A stretch of 63,860 nt of DNA, taken from contig NC_068981.1 of assembly GCF_001194135.2 (NCBI RefSeq), forward strand, positions 142,217,121-142,280,980. Direction: 5' to 3'. The DNA is from Octopus bimaculoides (taxonomy: Eukaryota). A program made the translations under genes and the position numbers. The notes under the pieces were generated by a model that did not search any database, was not told the DNA's origin, and saw nothing but the letters and a program-made list of their open reading frames with translations. This document shows, in pieces, positions 52,150-63,860 of the stretch. The number at the start of each line of letters is the position of its first letter. Within the stretch, counting starts at the first letter, position 1.

Positions 52150-54100
52150 GGAATACCCGCGTGTTAACGCTTTCAGCCCAGTTTGTATAACAAGAAAAAC
52201 TTAGGCGACACCTATCGAACTGGTAAATCGTTTCGTCCAAATTCGTAGGGTAACTTGTCTTTTATGCATGTGTAGCTGCAGCAGTCAACCACATGTAGGA
52301 ACATCATCCCATTTTCGGGCTGATCTGAACTTTATAAAGTGTTATTAGTTACTGAAACCTGAATTATGTTGTGGTCTTCAGTCGTACGATATAGTGCGGT
52401 ATTGAAGATGTGCTTCGCTGGGAGAAATCCTCAGGGTCCTATTACGCAGTACACTCTCTGACCAATTCATTCGACTTATTTTAACTTTAGCAGTCATACA
52501 ATAAAAGACAATGTACTGAATGAACAATGAAGAGTATAATACAACTACAACAGCATATACTGCACCGTTACATCCCAACAAAATAAAACATACACTAATT
52601 TCATAATCGATATTCGATAACATAACATTTACTGATATCCCCAGAACCTCGAAGTCTACACAACTGCCTCCCAGTTACGTAATATAAACTGCACAACATA
52701 TACAGCATATACTCTACACTGTAGTACGGAGTACAACTCTTACCATACTGTACGAAACACGATCGCCTTTCAAACGCTAGGGAGATGAAACATAGCAATT
52801 ATAGTTAAGAGAATAAGAAAATGTGAACTTAATGGCTATCGTTAACGTAGTGAAAAGTGATAGAAACAGTAGTGTCATCAGGATAAAACAACTATTCTAA
52901 GCATCAGATACGTACAGGAAAATTGTGACTAGCTCGGACCATCTCATATAGAAGAACCAACTAAAAATCAAGCATTGTCTGCAGACAATGATAGAGAGAA
53001 AAATTTGCAGATTTTAATGGTAACTTCAACGAAAAATTCTGAGTGAAAGAGAAGGAGAGAAGGGAGAGAAAAAACATTAAGAAAGTAAAGTATCCAAAAA
53101 TCAAAGTGTTGCTTTATTGAGTTATTCGCTCAATTGCAGAAATCTATCCTTATAATCAGGAAATGGTGACACTTCATAGAATAGAATATACTGTGTGACT
53201 CTAAACTAAACCAATTTCAACCAGAAGTAGGTAAAAATGTTAGGAATCATTTGCAACAGCAAAGGCAGTAGAAAAATTTAGGGCAGTATTATGAGCAGTA
53301 CCTGAGTCACTCCATCCAGAAGTCAACGATGTAAATAGCATGTGAAACGCACAAGGAATTATGAATAACACCGCAAGCTGTTCATAAACTAAACAAAAGA
53401 GGCTCCGCCAGGAGATGACTATCTTCAAAACTACTGATAACAATACATAGGTGGAGGTGCACACAGCATAGTTAAATATATTCAACTACCTAGTGAAACA
53501 GCAAATCACAACAGCTGGAAAACCAAATTCATCCACAAAGCTTAGAAAGCTTTCAACTCACACACAAGATGAAACAAGGATTTAACATCAAGATTATAGC
53601 AGAAGATAAAAGTTCAGCTTGGAAACATTTTCATCAGAACAGAAGGTACGCTGCCAGAATGTTATGGCAATAAATAGCATTTACTGATCAACAATGCTCT
53701 AAATAGTAACTGTAGAGGTAAATAGAAAAGTTTGAGCATGACAGATTAATGATCAAAATGTCTGCCTCCGATAGCGTTTGCCACGTATAGATTCTCTAAG
53801 CAATAGCCTTCAGTAACAAATTCGTTATAAAAAGCACACAAAACAAGACATGAATAACGGCATAATAGTTTTCAGGCAGAAACAAAAGAGGGGGTATTAG
53901 AAACAAAACCATCATTAGACGAAGAAAAATCTGATGTTAGCACCATTTAGTGTCAAATGAGATCACGTACGAATACAAACGGTATGGAATAATATATTGC
54001 CATCTTTCCAAGGGTAGATTTTAAGTTGTACATTGCTGACAATAAACATATGGAAACCATGTTACATACAAAGGTTGAGTTAAACAGAGAACTAAAATCA
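52150..54100 (+). mobile_element. Highly degenerate RTE LINE remnant (endonuclease, RT and C-terminus)
   Basis: Ordered remnants: LEVYTT at about 52648 (QVYAPT); NHLQ...VEKFR at about 53247-53283; aaaagaggctccgccaggagatgactatc at about 53394 (KRGVRQGDTIS); FNYL at about 53480; DHVR...W at about 53962. Confidence 0.55.
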
Positions 54101-54479
54101 GAAGCACTGAGAATAAACAGCGCATGTGTGTTGTAGTGGCTAGTGTTAATGGTCTTACTTTGGACTCAGATTACTAACAGTTTGTGTGTAGCAGCAGCAA
54201 CGCCATTCTATAAATGTGAACAATCTTTTAATGCTGTTATTCCTCGAGCTTTGCAAGGAGGGCTCACCTGATCACTGGATATGCAATTCCTAAATCTAAA
54301 GAAGACTCGTCTTCCTTGCAGGGCAGTTGTGGTGTTACATAAAAGGAGTAACCATGAAAAACATCAGAGATGATGAGAGGTAAAATTTGTAGCGATATTG
54401 AGGATTTTAACTGCGTTATGCATAACTAGAAAATGTGAGGTCACATCTCCCTTCACACATGTACTAATTTAGAGTTTGT

Positions 54480-55790
54480 GCTGATGACAGAAGCGGTTTT
54501 CATATTCTCACTGAAGGCTGTTATCACCTTTTCTGTTCAGAAATTCGGTGAGGTGTTTATGTTATGGCAGCATGAGGACTGCGAGCATAATTTTAAGATT
54601 CAATACAATGTAGGCAACATACTTCGAAGGCACGTTCTGAGAGGGACCCATCGGTGCTAAATTTGCTTAGAGTCAATCCTGAGAAAATTGGTCATGCTCA
54701 ATGGTCTAAGGTGAGGGAGTACAGCAAAATGCCAAAAGAAAGAAAGTTTTCGTTACATCAAGCTCCACAGAATTTATACAGTTTGTGACGGACAAAAGAG
54801 ACGGGGACTGAGAGAGAGACGGAGCTGCCCAGCCCAAGCACTGTTTCTCTCATTCTGAAACACTGGAGTAAATTCTATGGGTTGACTGTTTACGTGGTTA
54901 AAGTGGTTGCCATTTAAGGATAGTTTTTAGGAGAGATGGAGAAAGCTATAAAGATTTTGAAAATGTTAGCGAAAAACAGAATTTCAGAGGAAGAGAAGGG
55001 ACATTTTCGAGATCATTTTATTTCGTTTGATTGATAGGAGGAGTTATCGTTCTGGGAGAGTCTGTGTACAATGATTAAACCGTGAGATTATATAATGAAA
55101 TTTACTGATGCGGATATGCAGACTGTGTTCATATTAGTTACAAATGGAACAGAAATTAAGAAAGAAAACTTAGAATGAGCCGGACCTGGTTCAAAGTTGA
55201 TCAATGGAAGGATTCTGCAAATTTGGTCAATACTTCCTTCCGAGAAATAGAAGAAGTTAATACAGTTTGAGAGCTTGAAGCACGAATGAATACTCCTTTT
55301 GTCTAACAATAGCAAAGAAACAACTAAGTTTGAGTGATGTGAGGGAGAATAAAAAAAAAAAACAATTCTCATTGTAGGTATTGGTTGCTTTTTAGCAAAG
55401 ATGTGTAGCTAATGTACCTTGATGTATTACAAATAAAGTGCAGTACGGGTTTATCTGCAACTACATGATTCTGTTAAAATACATAATACTGTAAAGCTGA
55501 AAGCATATTTTAAATAATGACATAGTAGATATGAATTGGGGAAGAAATATAAAAACGCGTCACACTCCTCTCCTCAAGAATTCAAAAGAATGATGCACGT
55601 AAGTTGAAAATGGAGACACATGAATAAAAATTATGAACATTTTAGAAACAAGCTTCAAAATATGATTACAAAATGCTATGGTAGGATGTTCACAAGATGA
55701 TGCCTATGTGACGAATAATCGACAAATTTGTATCAAGCGATAACAGGCTAAATCTGGCTTATGAACCATAAGCGAGTTAAGATCAAAGGA
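54480..55790 (+). mobile_element. Possible second decayed RTE-like LINE remnant
   Basis: Weak traces only: ctgttcagaaattcggtgagg (cf. CVQExRWxG), a GGD-like codon run at about 54800, and a KLKW..H-like run at about 55600. Confidence 0.3.
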
Positions 55791-55816
55791 ATTCAGATTG
55801 CGGCACCAGGGTGCAG

Positions 55817-55876
<60 letters not shown>

Positions 55877-56799
55877 NNNNNNNNNNNNNNNNNNNNNNNN
55901 NNNNNNNNNNNNNNNNNNNNNNNNNNNNNNNNNNNNNNNNNNNNNNNNNNNNNNNNNNNNNNNNNNNNNNNNNNNNNNNNNNNNNNNNNNNNNNNNNNNN
56001 NNNNNNNNNNNNNNNNNNNNNNNNNNNNNNNNNNNNNNNNNNNNNNNNNNNNNNNNNNNNNNNNNNNNNNNNNNNNNNNNNNNNNNNNNNNNNNNNNNNN
56101 NNNNNNNNNNNNNNNNNNNNNNNNNNNNNNNNNNNNNNNNNNNNNNNNNNNNNNNNNNNNNNNNNNNNNNNNNNNNNNNNNNNNNNNNNNNNNNNNNNNN
56201 NNNNNNNNNNNNNNNNNNNNNNNNNNNNNNNNNNNNNNNNNNNNNNNNNNNNNNNNNNNNNNNNNNNNNNNNNNNNNNNNNNNNNNNNNNNNNNNNNNNN
56301 NNNNNNNNNNNNNNNNNNNNNNNNNNNNNNNNNNNNNNNNNNNNNNNNNNNNNNNNNNNNNNNNNNNNNNNNNNNNNNNNNNNNNNNNNNTATATATATA
56401 TATATATATATATATATCTGTGTGTGTGTGTGTGTGTCTGTGTTCTTGCGCGCCTACGCGTGCACCGTGTGTGTGAGAGAGAGAGAGAGAGGGGGAGAGG
56501 GGGGAGGCAGTATTTGTTTCCTTGCGAGCGCGTGTGCGAAAGTATATTTTGTTGGGATTTCCAAAACTCAAGCTGGTTACCAGGAAAATGGCAAATCGCT
56601 TTTCATTTAAAACATCTATTGGTTGCTGTAGCTCTCAGAACCTTTTTTTTACATATGCATATGTGCATACGTGTCCATTATATGTACACGCGTACGTGTG
56701 TGAGAGCGTTTCTATATTTCATTGATGTTTGTGTATACAATCACACATATTCCATATATATATGTTACTGTGTCAATATGTTTGAACGGAAAATTCAAA

Positions 56800-57160
56800 T
56801 GGAGAAGCCCTGAATGGTTTTACAAGGTTTTACTGTTCTTCAATTCCATTGTACGTAAAGAAAGTAAAGCAGTCTTCTCTCACTTTATATTTTTGTTCAA
56901 CGTTGCTAGAATTATCTCCCTTGTATCATATGTAGCCAGGCGTCAGTATATTCTGTTTGAATTCACCAGTCACGGTATTTTGTTAGACTTGATGTCCAAG
57001 TCACGATTTTTGAAAGTCTCCATGTTAATATCCCAAATTCTGACACTAGCACTGGTACGACGAAAGCATTGTCAGATATAGTTTTATTGAATGTAGTCAG
57101 TTCGGAATTCCATATGTTCCGAATTCTGTTGAGGTATGCATTTGTCTATCTAGCTTTACC
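56800..57160 (-). mobile_element. Degenerate R4/Dong-type LINE fragment (post-RT region)
   Basis: Minus-strand LNRIRNIWNSELTTFNKTISDNAFVVPVLVSEFGILTW matches R4-clade RxRxIWxSELxxxNK..N.FAVPVL..FGILxW. It may continue to about 57700 beyond the SINE. Confidence 0.7.
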
Positions 57161-57234
57161 CAGAATACCAGCATGTGTAATATTCTTGTCGTTTGTGAGT
57201 TATTTGTAACGATAATTACAGGTGATGATGTAAT

Positions 57235-57450
57235 AAGGCGGTGAGCTGGCTGAAACGTTAGCACGCTGGGCGAAATGCTTAGCGGTATTTCATCTGGTTT
57301 TATGTGCTGGCTTCAAATTCTGCCGAGGTCGACTTTGCCTTCCATAGTTTCGCGGTTGATAAATTAAGTACCAGTTGCATACTGTGGTTGATCTAATCGA
57401 CATGCCCCCTCCCCCAAAATTTCGGACCTTGTGCCTAGAGTAGAAAAGAA
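57235..57450 (+). mobile_element. SINE family A, full length, with candidate 10-bp TSD
   Basis: aaggcggtgagctggctgaaacgttagcacgctgggcgaaatgcttagc...gaggtcgactttgcc...ccttgtgcctagagtagaaaag; ACAGGTGATG at 57218-27 and 57452-61. Confidence 0.9.
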
Positions 57451-60400
57451 AACAGGTGATGTGGTGGAGTCGGTGGAGATAGGCATGATGTTAATAACCA
57501 TACTCCTTGCCTGCCCTACAATCTACCAAATATGAACACTTGCCCTGACCAATCTCCTCTCCTGTTTTCGGTGATTATGTTGTGACAAATCCCAACTGCT
57601 TGCTGGTAACATGAATGTTATTCGAGTATAACTTCTCAGGGTAATCAGCAAAAAAGAAGAAAGAAAACCTGTTGGTTTTTCCGAGCCTTTTCATTAGCCG
57701 CTACACTGTATCTTGAAGAAACGCACAGAAGCATATTAATATAATTTATGTATTACATTCAAATTTGCTTACGATCTGTATTTTGTTTTACCTCATGCAT
57801 TACCCGGTTTTCAAATAATAGTATTGTCCTCGTGACTGCCAAACAGTCGGGTACGTCACTGTCTATTACTCTTTCAGCAGGTCAACAATGACAGACCGGT
57901 AAAATGTGAACTTTTCAATATTCGTATATCAAGTATTTCCTATGTAGTTTTCCGTTCGGTAGTTTCATAAGTTTGTGAAAATACATTCGCCCGGTACTTA
58001 CTTTGTAGCCCCACTTTGCATCTTGGTTGTGTTGTCGGTTTACATTCCTGTTCCATCGCCAAAATATTCATCCAAAGGAAGGGATCTCACAGCCTTGAAG
58101 GTACTGTCTTTCATACCGAAATATACCACTTGTGCCAATATATGTGCATGTACGTACGTATATATGAATATGCAGATGTAGCAAATCTGAAGCTTTTACA
58201 CACAGGAAAATATGATGGCATAATGAAGCATGCATGTGAAATAGTTGGTAAAATGTACAGTATAATAAAGACAAAGGGTCTTTATTCTGAAATATGCCAA
58301 TTAACACAGAAAGATTAAGATGAATATTCCAGTAAGTACTGTGAAACAACTTCCTAATACACATAATTTTATAATTTAGAGCGAGCAGCTGTGGATTTAA
58401 GGCAGCGCGTATATTCATTAACGAAAATCGTCCAGCTTTCTCACCAATAAGGAAATATCTTTATAAATAAATAAAACTAGTATCTTATCTACTAATATTT
58501 ATTGGACACCAGTAAATCTTTTTACTTCCTTGTCCAGTCGTTCTTGAAATATGTCATAAGGGCTTGCATGGATAAAAAAGTATGTGTGTGCGTCTAGGCA
58601 ACACAGTTCTTCTTTCATATCACCTTCAATCAGAGGAAATTTTTGTCACAGGTGAAGGTGAAAGGATGAACGTAATGACGAATTTGGTTAACATGTGATA
58701 ACATGTGTTCAGTGTGATTCTACCAGTAATTCATTTTACTATTATGTTTATTCCGAAAACTTGTCACAGACACAGTTGTGGCACAATGTTTCTCATATTG
58801 ATCTGTCACTGTTCTTAGATTCCACAAACATTATTTCTTAGGCTATACCCTCAAATGGAATCTCAGTCCTGCCTACATGTACATAGGGACGAACGCAACA
58901 TCTCTGTTGTACGTGTGATTTGTAAGTAATATTTTTCACATGTTTTTCATTATAACATATAATCCCTAAAGCACAATTCTGACATGAAACTCTAGTCATC
59001 TGCTCAGAGAACGGCTTCCAGATTTTTGGTCTACGCCTTTGTATGCAACAGATCTTCCAACATTATTAACTTCTTTCTCTTGCCGATCTAATATATTAGA
59101 TATATGTTTTAAGAAACATTGTCTTGGATCTGACAGACTCTTAAACACCAAAACTGAAAATGTGAGCAAATGATTTGGATATTATTTTTCCTTTCTGCTG
59201 TGTTAGTACTGATATTTCTGATCATGATTTTGTAGTTGGTGTTTGTAGTGTTTTTATATTTATGTTGGTGATTGTCGTAGCATTTCTGGAGCCAGATATA
59301 GAGATAAAGGAAAACTTGAAATATATTACTTCGTATTTTCGACGGTTCAGTGTCCGTCAGACATGTTGACGGAACCATGTCCGACGAGTATTTGAGGTTG
59401 CTGACAAACATTTCATTGTAAAAATAATGTAATCCTATACCTAAATGTCTCGAGTAATCAAGCAAATGATGTGCGACAGTTTTAGCATATAAATGTATGT
59501 CAGAGAAACAAGTATTTACCCACCAGCCTCTCCCTTTCTCTCTCTCAGTATATATGTGTGTGTGAGTGTGCCATGTGTGTCGTGTGTATGTGTGTGCTGC
59601 GTGTGTCATGTGTATGTGATGTGCGTATGTATGAGTGTGTAAAGGTGAGTGTGTGTGTGTGCGTGTAAACATCATAGCCTTATATCTATTTGCGGTTGTG
59701 TGGTGAGTGGGTGTAGAAAAATCGATTCTTCACTTCTGAAAATTCTTCGAAGTATTTAGTTATGATAGAGTTATGTTAAAGACAACTTGCTTTTTCGTCA
59801 TTAACGAGATCGAGGATATATACCAAATGAATTACACTTGTCGTTATCATCGACTAAAATAAATATCCTCGTATAAGGTGCTACAGCATGGCCGCAATTC
59901 GCTAGCGAAACCCGTTAAATAAAGTAATGGAAGTAGAAATGATTGTGATGCGTGATTCGTAGGAGAGAAATGACTTTTCTGCTATATTTCGAAGTGCAGA
60001 ATCTTTTTTCTCTTACTTCTGTCTGATACTCTACGATCACAAATGCAATTATTCTCCATAGAAGGGCCAAACGATACGGGTAAATATCATTAAGGAAAAC
60101 GAACATCAGTTAACAATTCAACATTAAATTAATGTGCAATGACCATGTAAATATCTGAAGACGGACACTTCTTGTAAGGAGAAAGTTTAGTTCGCGTTTT
60201 GCCGCTGGTGTATATCTGTATCCTTCAAGAAACCAGTTAACACTACTGCTCACTTCTCTTGCTTTGTTTATAATTAATTACCTTAGTTGACCATCTGGAA
60301 AAGTGACCTGTAATAGAACTGACGATCTAAAGGCCGAATTCTTTTCTCTCATCTACTTAACCTACAGATTTTCGGACAAGAAGTATTATATGGCAATGAT

Positions 60401-61232
60401 TTGCATGCCACAAGGCATCACCATAATACGCTATCAAATGACAATATTCATTTTCTAAGATTGTGGTATGCAATGAAATAACAAGAGGCTCGTTGTAGCT
60501 TCCCTTTGTCTTTCATTTTCTAATAAAAACTGAGATTTGGGATTGAAACTGCAGTTGACCATGCCCGTTTGCAAGCATAATTGAATATGCGCTTTTTTAT
60601 CATTATAAACGAACCAAGATTGCTGAGATACGCAATTACCAACAAATAGTATATTTGTTTGCTCTCTTTTTATTATTTTTTTATCTAAATAAAGGACGAC
60701 AAACTAGACAGATACACCCAATAAAAAGTTAGCTTGTGATAACCAATATGATATTGAAAGTATTTTCAGTGTAGTTTCCTACGGTGAGTATAACGAGGGT
60801 TCAGTAAAAATTGTAGGAATTTAATAAGATATTATTTGTTGTAGATTGATTGATTAGTCTGATGGAAAATGGAACTTGCTAAAGTGTTGAAAATTTAAAA
60901 GATCAACATAACAATCTAGTAAAATGAAAGTACGAAAGGAAATAAAATAATGTAAAACGAAAAAAAAAAAAATACGTTCCTTTAAAACCATTTGAAATGA
61001 CTTATTGGTTTTGACAAACATTTACCTGATAAAAGAATGGAGAAACAGCATTTTCACTTTGGTTCCCACCTGGAGTTCTTTTGATGCTGATTAGCTTTGA
61101 TTTAAAATTCTCCAAAAGTAAATATAATGGAGAAATGTAATGAAAAACAAAAAAACAAATTCGTTTGCATATACTTTTATCAAAACAAAGCACGTTTCAT
61201 TCTTCTCCTTCCAGTCTTTATTTGTATTAGTT

Positions 61233-61304
<72 letters not shown>

Positions 61305-62313
61305 GTGTTTATCTAACTCCCTATCGGTTTCTCCCTCTCATTCCTTCCCTCCCTCTCTTTCTTTTTATATATCAAACAAATATATATATANNNNNNNNNN
61401 NNNNNNNNNNNNNNNNNNNNNNNNNNNNNNNNNNNNNNNNNNNNNNNNNNNNNNNNNNNNNNNNNNNNNNNNNNNNNNNNNNNNNNNNNNNNNNNNNNNN
61501 NNNNNNNNNNNNNNNNNNNNNNNNNNNNNNNNNNNNNNNNNNNNNNNNNNNNNNNNNNNNNNNNNNNNNNNNNNNNNNNNNNNNNNNNNNNNNNNNNNNN
61601 NNNNNNNNNNNNNNNNNNNNNNNNNNNNNNNNNNNNNNNNNNNNNNNNNNNNNNNNNNNNNNNNNNNNNNNNNNNNNNNNNNNNNNNNNNNNNNNNNNNN
61701 NNNNNNNNNNNNNNNNNNNNNNNNNNNNNNNNNNNNNNNNNNNNNNNNNNNNNNNNNNNNNNNNNNNNNNNNNNNNNNNNNNNNNNNNNNNNNNNNNNNN
61801 NNNNNNNNNNNNNNNNNNNNNNNNNNNNNNNNNNNNNNNNNNNNNNNNNNNNNNNNNNNNNNNNNNNNNNNNNNNNNNNNNNNNNNNNNNNNNNNNNNNN
61901 NNNNNNNNNNNNNNNNNNNNNNNNNNNNNNNNNNNNNNNNNNNNNNNNNNNNNNNNNNATATATATATATATATATATACACCTCCAAGTCAATCACTAG
62001 CATTCGTACACTTAATTATTACGAACATGCTTAGGAGATACAGATAGACATTAATACATTCTACAGATACGTTTGTGCAATACACACAACATCGCAATAT
62101 GAAGCTCACCTCCAAAAACACACGTATATCAAAGTTAACAATATCACATATATGCAATGAAGAATTAAAACACACGCACGTATTAGAAAATACCATATAT
62201 GCACAAAATACCTCGCATACACAAACGTATTCACAAAGTACCTACTCACAAACCAGCATACAGGCACATACATATACACATACACACGAATCGTTACTCA
62301 TAGTCTTTTATTG

Positions 62314-62713
62314 TTATTCTTTTACTTGTTTCATTTAACTGCCACCATGCTGGTGCATCGCTTTAAATGGTTTTAGTCAAAGAAATCGATCCCAGAACGT
62401 ATCCTTTGTAATCCTAGTACTTATTCTAACGCCTTTTTGTCGAACCGCCAGTTTGCGGGGACGCAAACACACCAGCATTGGTTGCCAAGCGATGGGGATG
62501 GGGAGACGAACACATTCACACACAAATACACACACACATACATACATACGACAGGCTTCTTTTAGTATTCGTCTACCAATTCCACTCAAAAGGCTTTGGT
62601 TGACCCGTGGCTATAGTAGAAAACGCTTGCCCAAGATGCCATGCAGCTGGACTGAACCCGGAACCATGTGGCTGCGAAGCAAGCTTCTTACCACACAGCC
62701 ACGCCTGAACCTA
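62314..62713 (-). mobile_element. SINE family B, full length
   Basis: Reverse complement of family B: cttaccacacagccacgcctg, ggactgaacccggaaccatgtgg, ggctatagtagaa, ccatgctgg. Confidence 0.9.
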
Positions 62714-63029
62714 TATATCCGTACAAAGTGTGCAGCCTGGTTATCAGCAAAGAAAAAATAAGTCTGTATACGTACCATCGAACGGACACATAAAACCACA
62801 ACTTCCAGAAATTTCTATCCTATGGTCATTCGAACATGCTTTTTTTTTTATTCCTTTATTTTTTTCTTATTCCAAAGGTTTTTTTTTAATTGTTTTCCCA
62901 TGCACTTACGTTCTGATGGATATATTTGATGGAAACTTCTACATCATTTGCATTGCTCTAGAGTCAATCTAATAATTACATTTCGTTTCTACTTTGAAGT
63001 CTGAGTTGTCATTTTTCATTAGTTTTACT

Positions 63030-63075
<46 letters not shown>

Positions 63076-63404
63076 TATGTGCATGTGTGCATGTGTATAT
63101 ATTCATGTATGTATGTATGTATGTATGTATGAGAGTGAGTGTACGGAGTGACATGACAGGTAGGTGTAATCATGTCTATAGATAGTGTGAACAAATGTGA
63201 TTCATCAGAAAATACACAGTGATAGCTGTGAACAGGCGTTCTTTGAAGTCGGTTCAACAGAGGTTAGAACACGTGGTTGAGCCCAACGGTTTTTGCTGTG
63301 AATTCATCCTCATCAGAAAATGGCTGAAAGAAAGATAATTATTGACTTTTACTTTCGCTTATTGTAAGGGACAAGAGGATGACTGATCTTCTGCTAATAT
63401 TCTT

Positions 63405-63575
63405 TCTGCGTTAGGCACAACGCCCGAAATTTGGGGGAGGTGCCAGTCGATTATATCGACCCTAGTATGCAACAGGTACTTAATTTATCAACCTCGAAAC
63501 GATGAAAACCAAAGTCGAACTCGACGGAATTTGAACTAAGAATTTTGTTCAGCGTTCCTGCCAGCTCACCGCTTT
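63405..63575 (-). mobile_element. SINE family A, internally deleted
   Basis: taggcacaacgcccgaaattt...aggtacttaatttatc...ggaatttgaac...ctgccagctcaccgc. Confidence 0.8.
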
Positions 63576-63692
63576 GATCTTTTGCTAATATTGATGCCCT
63601 TATTGCAATATGTGAAAAATCAACTATCAATGGTGGCTTTCAGTAAGCATTCGGCGATTGTCTATTGTTTGTTTTTTGCTGTCTGTTATATT

Positions 63693-63827
63693 TTACTTCT
63701 TTCAGTTATTTGACTGCGGCCATGCTGGGGAACCACCTTGAAGGGCATTTTCGTCGAACAAATCGACCCCAGGTGGACAAACACAGACACACACATATAT
63801 ATTTACGACTTCCGTCTGCCATATCCA

Positions 63828-63829
<2 letters not shown>
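63693..63829 (-). mobile_element. SINE family B, deleted derivative
   Basis: tttgactgcggccatgctgggg...aaatcgaccccagg...ttccgtctgcca. Confidence 0.7.

Positions 63830-63860
<31 letters not shown>

Noticed and set aside
59109-59675. 188-aa minus-strand ORF
   Set aside because: Starts in a CA-rich tract and has no recognisable domain.
60790-60815. Mariner-like TIR start (acgagggttcagtaaaaatt)
   Set aside because: No partner TIR or transposase trace found nearby.

Overview
Eukaryotic, AT-rich animal DNA, dense with microsatellites and with about 16 N-gaps. The SINE families and repeat landscape point to an octopus (coleoid cephalopod) draft scaffold; this is an inference from recall, not a database match. 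There is one intact protein-coding gene: a single-coding-exon, protostome-type (multiple-cysteine-cluster) Toll-like receptor at 42931..47232 (+), closest in motif detail to the Drosophila long Tolls (Toll-6/Tollo/18w). It has a splice acceptor just upstream, an unusual 246-aa in-frame Ser/Pro-rich extension ahead of the signal peptide, and a C-terminal SGYEEI motif. The rest of the window is non-coding. It holds about 20 tRNA-derived SINE copies in three families, a composite repeat with internal tandem arrays, a decayed near-full-length maT-like Tc1/mariner transposon, a MITE, degenerate RTE and R4/Dong LINE remnants, and two long foldback elements upstream of the Toll exon. One foldback encloses permuted hammerhead-ribozyme core motifs. 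Nearly all other ORFs in the track are microsatellite or gap artefacts. No CRISPR array, rRNA or true tRNA gene was seen.
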